Positions 9,561 to 17,000 of a stretch of 64,000 bases of DNA are shown in pieces. The first letter of the stretch is position 1. The number at the start of each line of letters is the position of its first letter. This DNA is from Pseudomonadota bacterium (GTDB lineage Archaea; Thermoplasmatota; SW-10-69-26; JACQPN01; JAJPHT01). The notes below the pieces were generated by a model. The model was given only the letters and a program-made list of their open reading frames with translations, searched no databases and was not told where the DNA came from. Both the position numbers and the translations under genes were made by a program. The stretch spans positions 15,129-79,128 of the forward strand of contig JAJPHT010000033.1 of assembly GCA_021325135.1 (NCBI GenBank). Direction: 5' to 3'.

Positions 9561-9659
9561 CTGGGCGCGGGTGGGCAAGGGTTCGGCCTGTTGGGGGCAA
9601 GTGCCCGAAGGGCCGCCCACGCGGCCCCAGGTGTGCCCACCTGCGCCCACCTCCGCTCA
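9561..9659. repeat. Palindromic intergenic element
   Basis: GGGCGCGGGTGGGCA ... TGCCCACCTGCGCCC arms; related to 4053-4127. Confidence 0.55.
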
Positions 9660-9739
9660 AAGTCGAACCCGTCAACTGTAGCGCCCCCCTCGCGGCCCAA
9701 CCCCAAAGCCCCCGGCGGCCGCGGATGCTCGGAGGTTCG

Positions 9740-11146
9740 TCAGAGGAGGCTCGTTCCTTCGACCGTGACGAAGCGGATCTCCGTGGGCTTCACGGCGACG
9801 CCCAGCCCCGTGCCCAGCGTGCTCTGCGCGAAGGCGACGACGGGCTGCCCGTCGAGGCCGATGGCGACCTCGAAGAAGTCCAGCATGCTGCGGTCCGCCG
9901 CGAGACAGCCCGTGCCGCTGGTGCAGAGGGACCCCACGTGGTTGGGCGTCTTGGTGAGCGTCGCGACGACGCCCTTGGGCGCCCCGCAGGCGCCCGCTTG
10001 CGACGGATCGCATCCGCCGGCGTCCAGCGACTCGTAGAGCTTCACGTTCCACTCGTCGGGCACCATCTCGCCGGGCGTGCCGCGCACGTTCTCGTACCAC
10101 ACCACCGCGATGCGGCCGGGCGCGCCCGCGGCGATCCACGGGAAGCGCGCGTCCTTGGCCGCGTCGGAGAGAAGGAGCGGCTTCGTCCACGTCGCGCCCA
10201 GGTCGTGGGACGTCTGGAGGTAGATGCCGTAGAGGCCCGCCTCCTCGGGGGGCGTCACGCCGCCGGGCGTCGTCGCGGAGTCCGCGGAGTAGACGAGGTA
10301 GAGCGTGCCGTTCCCGTCGAATGATAGCACCGGGAAGTCGGACGCGTAGCCGTTGGGCTCCGCGGGGCTCGTGCGGCCCAGATTGGCGGTGTCGTGGCCC
10401 GCCCACGTCTTGCCCGAGTCGTTGGAGACGTAGACGTGCACGACGGGCGCGTCGGTGCCGGTGGTGGCGGCCTGGTCCACGACGGGGATCGCCAGCGCGC
10501 CGGTGACGGGGTCGTGCACCACGGGGCCGCCGTCGCCATCGGGGCCTACGGTGACCTTGCCCCGCCAGGACGCGCCGCCGTCGGGCGAGCCGTTGAACTC
10601 GATGCCGGTCTTGCCGCGCCACGTCGCCGCGATGCCGCCCTCGGGCGTGACGTCGATCCACTCGCGATCCTTGCCTCCGCCCTCGGCGAGGTCCACCGCC
10701 TTGCTCCACGTCTCGCCGCGGTCGTGGCTCGCCAGGAACGGGATCGTGCGCCCCTCCTTGCCCAGGAGGCCCAGGTAGTAGACCGTGCCGTTGCGGTCCA
10801 CCGCGACGTCGCCGTCGCCGCCCCCTTCGAGGCCCGCGTTGCCGGGGTGCTGCCACGTCTTGCCGCCATCGTCGCTGCGCCACACGTCGCCCGGGTTCCC
10901 CACGTAGAGCGTCTTGCCGTCGTAGCCCGCCGCGACGTTGGGCTCCGCGAAGCCGGGCGTCGCCACCGGCACGTCGGGCTGCGCCGCGGGCGGCTTCAGG
11001 TCCGCGCTGCCGCTGGCCTGCCGCGGGTGGAACGGATCGCCCGCGGGCGCGGGGGGCGCCGCGCTGGGGGCCTTCGTCGCCGCGGGCTGCGCGCACCCCG
11101 CCAGGAGAAGGGCAAGGAGAAGGATGGGGACGAGGCGGGGCTGCAT
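9740..11146 (-). CDS. Lipoprotein with BNR/Asp-box repeats (sialidase-like beta-propeller)
   Basis: Lipobox LLAGC; repeated SxDxGxTW motifs. Confidence 0.85.
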   Translation of the reverse strand: MQPRLVPILLLALLLAGCAQPAATKAPSAAPPAPAGDPFHPRQASGSADLKPPAAQPDVPVATPGFAEPNVAAGYDGKTLYVGNPGDVWRSDDGGKTWQHPGNAGLEGGGDGDVAVDRNGTVYYLGLLGKEGRTIPFLASHDRGETWSKAVDLAEGGGKDREWIDVTPEGGIAATWRGKTGIEFNGSPDGGASWRGKVTVGPDGDGGPVVHDPVTGALAIPVVDQAATTGTDAPVVHVYVSNDSGKTWAGHDTANLGRTSPAEPNGYASDFPVLSFDGNGTLYLVYSADSATTPGGVTPPEEAGLYGIYLQTSHDLGATWTKPLLLSDAAKDARFPWIAAGAPGRIAVVWYENVRGTPGEMVPDEWNVKLYESLDAGGCDPSQAGACGAPKGVVATLTKTPNHVGSLCTSGTGCLAADRSMLDFFEVAIGLDGQPVVAFAQSTLGTGLGVAVKPTEIRFVTVEGTSLL

Positions 11147-11193
11147 GCCGCCTCAGAGCGCGGTGGGGGCCATGAACGCTGTGGCGGCGGCCT

Positions 11194-12543
11194 TCAGCGC
11201 TTCCCGCTCACCGCGAACTGCGCGAGCCGGCGCGCCTCGTTCCCCGAGAGGAACTCGCGCGGGTCGGTGAGCTTTCCCTCGATGGCGGTCACGGCCGCCG
11301 TGGCGGGGCTCACGAGATAGCTCTTGCTCTTGATGTGGCCCATGCGGCCCGGGAAGTTGCGGTTGGAGGTGGAGACGCAGACCTCGCCCTCGTCGAGCAC
11401 GCCGCCCATGCCGCCGAAGCACGCGCCGCACGAGGCCGTGTTGAAGCTCCCGCCGGCCTCGGTGATGGTCTCGATGATGCCCTCGCGGAGCGCCTGCATG
11501 TAGATGCGCGTGGACGCGGGGAACACCACGAGGCGCGTGCCCTTCTTCACCTTGTTGCCCTTGAGGATGGACGCCGCGACGCGCAGGTCCTCCAGGCGCG
11601 CGTTGGTGCACGAGCCGATGAACACCTGGTCCACGCGCCCCGAGTCCGTGCTCTTCACGGGGTGCACGTTGTCCGGGCTCATGGGGCACGCGACCAGGGG
11701 CTCCAGCCGGTCGCCGTCGATGGTCACGACCTTCTCGTACTTCGCGCCCTTGTCCGCGCGCAGGTCCGCGTGGTCGCGCACGTGCGCCTTGCGGCCGTTC
11801 TTGATCTCGGGAAGCGACTCCAGGTAACGGATCGCCTCGCCGTCCGCGGGGATGACGCCCGCCTTGGCGCCAAGCTCCGTCGTCATGTTGGAGAGCGTGA
11901 AGCGCTGGTACATCTCCAGCTTCTCGATGGCGCTGCCCCCGAACTCAATGGCCTTGTACGCGCCCCCCTCGGTGGTGAGCTGCCGCAGCGCCTCCAGGAT
12001 GATGTCCTTGCCGGACACGGGGAACTCCAGCGTGCCCGTGACCTCGACCTTGATCGTCTCGGGGACCTTCAGCCAGATGTCCCCCGTCGCGAACACTGCC
12101 GCCTGCTCGGTGGGGCCGATGCCCACCGCGAACGCGCCCAGGGCGCCCGCCATGTTGGTGTGCGAGTCGGTGCCCGTCACCATGTCGCCCGGCAGCACGA
12201 ACCCCTCCTCCACGAGGATCTGGTGGCAGATGCCGTGGTTCCCGATGTCGTAGAAGTGGGGAAGGCCGTGCTTCTCCACGAACTTGCGGATGCTGTGGTG
12301 CAGCTTCGCCGACGCCTCGCTGCTCGCCGGGACCCAGTGGTCGATGGGGATCACGATCTTGTTGCGGTCCCACACCTCGGTCGCGCCCATCTGCTCGAAG
12401 GGCCGGATGAGCTGCGCGCACGCCTCGTGCGCCATCGCCACGTCCACCGGCACCTCGACGATCTCGCCGGGGCGCACGTGCGCCTTCTTGGCCTTCAAGG
12501 CGAGGATCTTCTCGGGCAGCGTCATCGGGGCGGACGAGGCCAT
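11194..12543 (-). CDS. leuC: 3-isopropylmalate dehydratase/homoaconitase large subunit (LeuC/HacA family)
   Basis: DH, GICHQ, DSHT, IGSCTN, CGACFG, STSNRNFPGRMG, SPATAA; substrate not resolvable by eye. Confidence 0.88.
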   Translation of the reverse strand: MASSAPMTLPEKILALKAKKAHVRPGEIVEVPVDVAMAHEACAQLIRPFEQMGATEVWDRNKIVIPIDHWVPASSEASAKLHHSIRKFVEKHGLPHFYDIGNHGICHQILVEEGFVLPGDMVTGTDSHTNMAGALGAFAVGIGPTEQAAVFATGDIWLKVPETIKVEVTGTLEFPVSGKDIILEALRQLTTEGGAYKAIEFGGSAIEKLEMYQRFTLSNMTTELGAKAGVIPADGEAIRYLESLPEIKNGRKAHVRDHADLRADKGAKYEKVVTIDGDRLEPLVACPMSPDNVHPVKSTDSGRVDQVFIGSCTNARLEDLRVAASILKGNKVKKGTRLVVFPASTRIYMQALREGIIETITEAGGSFNTASCGACFGGMGGVLDEGEVCVSTSNRNFPGRMGHIKSKSYLVSPATAAVTAIEGKLTDPREFLSGNEARRLAQFAVSGKR

Positions 12544-12627
12544 GGGGGCGGGATGGGGACCCCTCACTTATAGGCGTTGCCCGGGCGGGGACGGGTGGCG
12601 CCGCGCGGCGCCAGCCGGGCGCGGCCG

Positions 12628-12691
12628 GAGCCGGGCGTGCACGGGTGCGCCCGGGCGTGCACGCCCGGGCGCACCCGTGCACGCCCGGCTC
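12628..12691. repeat. Perfect 64-bp palindrome
   Basis: GAGCCGGGCGTGCACGGGTGCGCCCGGGCGTG|CACGCCCGGGCGCACCCGTGCACGCCCGGCTC is its own reverse complement. Confidence 0.95.
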
Positions 12692-13606
12692 ACCGCGGCC
12701 CCATCGGCCGCCGCCCCCACCACGGGCCTTCGGGCCCGCCCGAGGGTCGGGGCCGGCGGGGGCGCGGGGCGGAGGAGGGCGCGGTGGGGTGCATCGCGCA
12801 GGGGAGGGCGCGTCTGGAGATGAACGGCGCGGGCGGCGCCGAAGGGGCGCGTCGTCGCGGGGGCTCAGCGCACGAGCATCTCGATGAGGAAGGAGGCGAG
12901 CCAGCGGCGGACGGCCGGGCGGGCGGGCCCGTGGCGCGCCTGCATCGCGGTCATCTTGAGCTGCTTGCGCTGGCGGCCGCTTCGTGGCGCGGGGCGGATC
13001 TCACAGGCCAGGAGGACACCCCCGGGTAGGGGGCGCCCCGCCGGCCGTCGCGCAGGGGCTCAGGACGCGGCGCGTTCCACGCGCGGCGCCTGGCCCGTGC
13101 TGGCACGGGCTGGGCATTCGGAACCAGTCTCCGCCCTTGGCTCGACGACGATCCTTAAGCCGTTGGCGCAACGGGGTGGAAGCGGAAGCGTCCCCAGGGC
13201 GGTTCATCCGTGGGCGGGCGTCGTTGCGGGGGGCTTCGGCCTGTTGGCTGGAAGGCCGGAATGCCCGAAGAAGGGGCGAAGGCGGGGCTCAGCGCGACCG
13301 GCGCCGGAGGCGGGCGAGGATGCCGCGCCGGAGGGGCTGCTCGTGGCACATGCGGGGGCTGTGGCGGGCCATGGGGTCACGCGCCGAGCGTCTTGCGCTC
13401 GTGGGCCATGCGGACGCCGGTCCGCCGGGGGAGGCGGGGAAGGAGGCGCATGGCCGACGCGGGACTGGCGACCCGGATTTCAACCTTTGGGCGGAGTTCC
13501 TAGTCGGGTCCACCCCCAAGGGGGTTGAAGGCCGCCATACGCCCGTCGGTGAAGGCGCAAACTACAGATAGGCCACAGGGAGCATCCGGCCGCGGGTGGA
13601 GACCCC

Positions 13607-14437
13607 TTGAGCCGCACCACTGTCGCGATCCGACGATCCGTCGCAGGGTTCCTGACGCTGCTTGCCCTGACGAGCCTCGCGCAGGCCGATTCGCCCTGGT
13701 GGATGCAGAACGACGCCGGCAGCGGGCACGATGCGAGCGGCTCCTGGCTCTCCCCGCTCGCCCTTCCCGACTACGGGAGCTACTCCGGCACGCTCGTGGA
13801 GCACGACTCGGACGCCTACGCCGTCCGGCAGGCGTCGACCTCGCCCGCGTGCCTCAACTTCTCGTTCACGCCCACCAGCAACGACGTCCTCACGGTGAAG
13901 ACCACCAGCGGGGGCGTCGACAAGGCGGCGACGCTCAACTCCCCGGCGGGCGTCACCCAGCGCGGCGGCATCGCGACCAACGCCTACGACTGGGCGGGCC
14001 TGCGCGCCACGCTGGCGAACCCCGAGCAGGAGGGCGCGAACGACTACTCGTTCACCCTCCAGCGCGTGGACGCGACCTCGTCCGTGCCGGCGCCGGGCCA
14101 CACGATCTCCACCGCGACGCCCCTTCCCAGCCCCTGCACCGCGGGGGTCATGTCCGCCGTCAGCCTCGCGGCGACCAACACCTACAGCCTCGGCCCGCTC
14201 CCCGCGGGCACGAACCTCGTGGCGTCCCTGGCGGCCACGGCCTCCAGCCTGTCGCTGCAGGTCCTCGACGCGGGCGGCAACCCCATCGCGCAGACCAGCG
14301 TGAACGGCGTCACCACCGCGACCACGCCCTCGGCTGGCAACTACTACCTCAGCGTCCAGCGCACGGACCTGGGCGTGGGCGACGTCCAGTACCTCATCGG
14401 AGTGATCGTGTCCCCAGGCTGCAAGCCGGCGTGTTGA
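13607..14437 (+). CDS. Secreted PPC-like beta-sandwich protein ending in SPGCKPAC
   Basis: Signal peptide (SLAQA|D), QNDAGSGHDA and DSDAY motifs, LSLQVLDAGGNPI...GNYYLSV; TTG start. Confidence 0.8.
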   Translation: MSRTTVAIRRSVAGFLTLLALTSLAQADSPWWMQNDAGSGHDASGSWLSPLALPDYGSYSGTLVEHDSDAYAVRQASTSPACLNFSFTPTSNDVLTVKTTSGGVDKAATLNSPAGVTQRGGIATNAYDWAGLRATLANPEQEGANDYSFTLQRVDATSSVPAPGHTISTATPLPSPCTAGVMSAVSLAATNTYSLGPLPAGTNLVASLAATASSLSLQVLDAGGNPIAQTSVNGVTTATTPSAGNYYLSVQRTDLGVGDVQYLIGVIVSPGCKPAC

Positions 14438-14531
14438 CCCATCCACCCTCCAAGAGGCATGGCTCATCTGTCCGCAAGGGTTGGCGAAATGTTTAACTCG
14501 TACGCCGGAGAGTGCTCTACGAGGCTGTCAG

Positions 14532-14726
14532 ATGCGCACCCTTGGAGTTATCCTTGTCGTGATGTGCGCGACGCTTGTGCTGGCCTCTCTGCCTTCGGCT
14601 TTGGCAGACGGCTCGACATCCTCAGACAGCACAAGCTCCACCACCACGACAAGCTCGGGCTCGTCGAGCCTGGGAACCTCCGACACGAGCCCAGGCTGCA
14701 AGCCGGCCTGCCTCGGAACCTCGTGA
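14532..14726 (+). CDS. 64-aa secreted Ser/Thr-rich peptide precursor with SPGCKPAC core
   Basis: 25-aa signal peptide ending ALA|D, S/T linker, motif shared with the upstream protein; TTTAA ~40 nt upstream. Confidence 0.75.
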   Translation: MRTLGVILVVMCATLVLASLPSALADGSTSSDSTSSTTTTSSGSSSLGTSDTSPGCKPACLGTS

Positions 14727-14850
14727 CGCAACCAGAGCAACACCCTTGCTGCGTTCAACGAACCTTTATTCCTTCTCAGGTCACCTGCCGTTTCCATTCT
14801 GGCGGGCGGTTTACGGTGACGAAGCGTCGCTGCGGCGGGGGAGCTTGCCC

Positions 14851-16938
14851 ATGAATGTTATCGCGTTGAGCAGCTTCTGGGCCCTCGCCAGCGCCCTGGG
14901 CGTGGTCATCCTCGCGACGGTCTGCCTCTTCGGCGGCTCGGCGCGCCCGCGCGGCGCCCTGGCGTTCGGCGCGTTCGGCATCGCGTGGGGCCTCCAGGTG
15001 GCCTTCGGCAACCTGGCCAACCTCACCAGCTCGGCGGGCGTCGCCTCGCTGCTCTTCATGCTCTTCCTCGTGGCGCTGCTCGTGGCGCCCTACCCCCTCG
15101 TCGAGTTTGCCGCCGCGCAGGGGGAGGCGCGCCCCGGCGCGGGCTGGCGCGCCCTGCGCATCCTCACCGCGGGCCTTTCCATCCTGGGCGCCTGCCTGCT
15201 GGCGCTGAAGCCGGAGTGGTTCCTCGCGGGCGTCACCCGCAGCGACTCCTTCTACGCCGCGAACTGGGGCCCCCTGTACGCGCCCCTCGTCATCCTCCCC
15301 TTCTACCTGGCGTGGGCCATCGCCATCGTCGCCCTGGCCCAGGCCTACTGGAGCGCCGCGACGCCGAGGCTGGCCATCCGCAGCCGCACGCTCCTCGTGG
15401 GCATCGGGCTGTTCATCGCCTCCATCACCAGCAACTACGCCGCCTTCTACACCGGCCAGGTCGTCCTGGGGAATGCCAGCGGCCCGAACCTCCTCTACGC
15501 GCTCGTGTTCGACGGCCTCGCCCTCCTGGTCGTGTGGGTCGTGGCCGGCTCCTTCGCCCGCGCGCGCGAAGCCGGGCACGCCCTGGACCGCCGCACGCTG
15601 CGCCAGACGGCGTGGGCCCTGAGCATCCCTCTCGGGCTGGGCCTCGTGGAGGGCGCCCTGAGCCTCGTCTACACCGACGACTTCTACACCATCGGCCTCT
15701 GGCGCCTTGCGGGCGTCGGGGTCATCGTCTACGGCCTCCTGCGCTGGAGGGTCCACGACCTGCCCCAGCGCGCGGCGACGGCGGCCTCCTCCGCGGGCGG
15801 CGTCGCGCTCGCCACCGCCGCCGGCGCGCTGGCGTTCGGCGTGGGCCTCGCCGCGAGCCCCTCCCTCGCCCTCCCCTCCACGTTCGCCGCGCTCATCGCC
15901 GGCGGCTCGCTGTTCCCGGCGGTCCGCTTCACGCGGCGCCTCTTCGGCGTGCAGCCGCGCACGTCGACCCGCGCCGCGGACGACGCCGTGTACGGCCAGC
16001 GCATCGACGCCTATCGCGCCGCGCTGGAGGCGTCGTTCGCCCGCGACTCCATGGAGGAGGACGCGGACTTCCTCGGCGCGCTGCGCGAGCGCTTCGGCAT
16101 CAGCGAGGCGGAGGACCGCGTGCTGCGCCACTACGCCAAGAGCAGCGTCATCGTGGCGCGCGACCGCAAGGCCAGCGAGGCCTTCGAGCGGCTGCGCCTC
16201 CTTGGCGAAGGCGGAGGAGGACGCACCTGGCTCGCGCGCGACCGGCAGCGCGACCGCCTCGTCGTCCTCAAGGAGCCGCTCCAGCAGTGGCAGCAGGACC
16301 CGCAGACGCGCGAGGCCGTGCTGCGCGAGGCGCGCCTCGCCGCCAAGGTCCGGCACCCCAACGTCGTCTCCGTGGAGGAGGTCGTCGAAGGGAAGGGCAG
16401 CCCCATCATCGTCATGGAGTACCTGGAGGGCGGAAGCCTCTCCGACCTGCTCCGCTCCCGCGGCACGCTCCCCTGGCGCGAGGCCGTTCCGCTCGTCATC
16501 GACGTGGCGCGCGGGCTGGAGGCGGTCCACAGCGCGGGCATCGTGCATCGCGACGTGAAGCCCAGCAACATCCTCCTCAACGGCGAGGGCGCGCCCAAGG
16601 TCGCGGACTTCGGCATCGCGCTGCCCGTCGTCAGCACGCGCACCGTGCTCGACGTGGGCTCCACCGCCCGCGCGGGGACGCTCTTCTACATGGCGCCCGA
16701 GGTCCGTGCGGGCATGAGCGCGGGCGACCGGCGCGCGGACGTCTACGCGTGCGCGGCCGTGCTCCACGAGTGCCTCTACGGCGCGCCGCCCGGCGCGAAC
16801 GCGCCCGTCATCCTGCGCAGCGACGTGCCCCCCGCGCTCTCCGCGCTCCTGGCCCGCGCGCTGGCGGAGCGCCCCGAGGAGCGCGTCCCCACGGCGCGCG
16901 CCTTGGCGGAGGACCTCTCCCGCGTCCTGCGGGCATAG
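14851..16938 (+). CDS. Polytopic membrane Hanks-type Ser/Thr protein kinase (receptor-like)
   Basis: ~10 hydrophobic segments, then LGEGGGGRTW, VVLKE, HRDVKPSN, DFG, GTLFYMAPE, DVYA. Confidence 0.92.
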   Translation: MNVIALSSFWALASALGVVILATVCLFGGSARPRGALAFGAFGIAWGLQVAFGNLANLTSSAGVASLLFMLFLVALLVAPYPLVEFAAAQGEARPGAGWRALRILTAGLSILGACLLALKPEWFLAGVTRSDSFYAANWGPLYAPLVILPFYLAWAIAIVALAQAYWSAATPRLAIRSRTLLVGIGLFIASITSNYAAFYTGQVVLGNASGPNLLYALVFDGLALLVVWVVAGSFARAREAGHALDRRTLRQTAWALSIPLGLGLVEGALSLVYTDDFYTIGLWRLAGVGVIVYGLLRWRVHDLPQRAATAASSAGGVALATAAGALAFGVGLAASPSLALPSTFAALIAGGSLFPAVRFTRRLFGVQPRTSTRAADDAVYGQRIDAYRAALEASFARDSMEEDADFLGALRERFGISEAEDRVLRHYAKSSVIVARDRKASEAFERLRLLGEGGGGRTWLARDRQRDRLVVLKEPLQQWQQDPQTREAVLREARLAAKVRHPNVVSVEEVVEGKGSPIIVMEYLEGGSLSDLLRSRGTLPWREAVPLVIDVARGLEAVHSAGIVHRDVKPSNILLNGEGAPKVADFGIALPVVSTRTVLDVGSTARAGTLFYMAPEVRAGMSAGDRRADVYACAAVLHECLYGAPPGANAPVILRSDVPPALSALLARALAERPEERVPTARALAEDLSRVLRA

Positions 16939-17000
16939 CGCGTCGTCGCGACGTCGTCTCCAGCAAGGCTATCCGCAGCCGCCCCCTTGATCGCCGGGGA

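Noticed and set aside
12865-13372. Tiny minus-strand ORFs (MQARHGPARPAVRRWLASFLIEMLVR at 12865-12945; MCHEQPLRRGILARLRRRSR at 13289-13351)
   Set aside because: Too short, no recognisable motif; cannot be distinguished from chance.
14532-16938. Lanthipeptide (class III/IV) cluster: Ser/Thr/Cys-rich peptide next to a kinase
   Set aside because: The kinase has no lyase or cyclase domain, and the peptide has a Sec-type signal rather than a RiPP leader.
14985-17000. N-terminal extensions making giant ORFs (14985..19373, 39085..42843, 50985..54704, 34629..37484, 57218..60115, 4130..6661)
   Set aside because: The extensions overlap other real genes; only the C-terminal portions look coding, so starts were reassigned.
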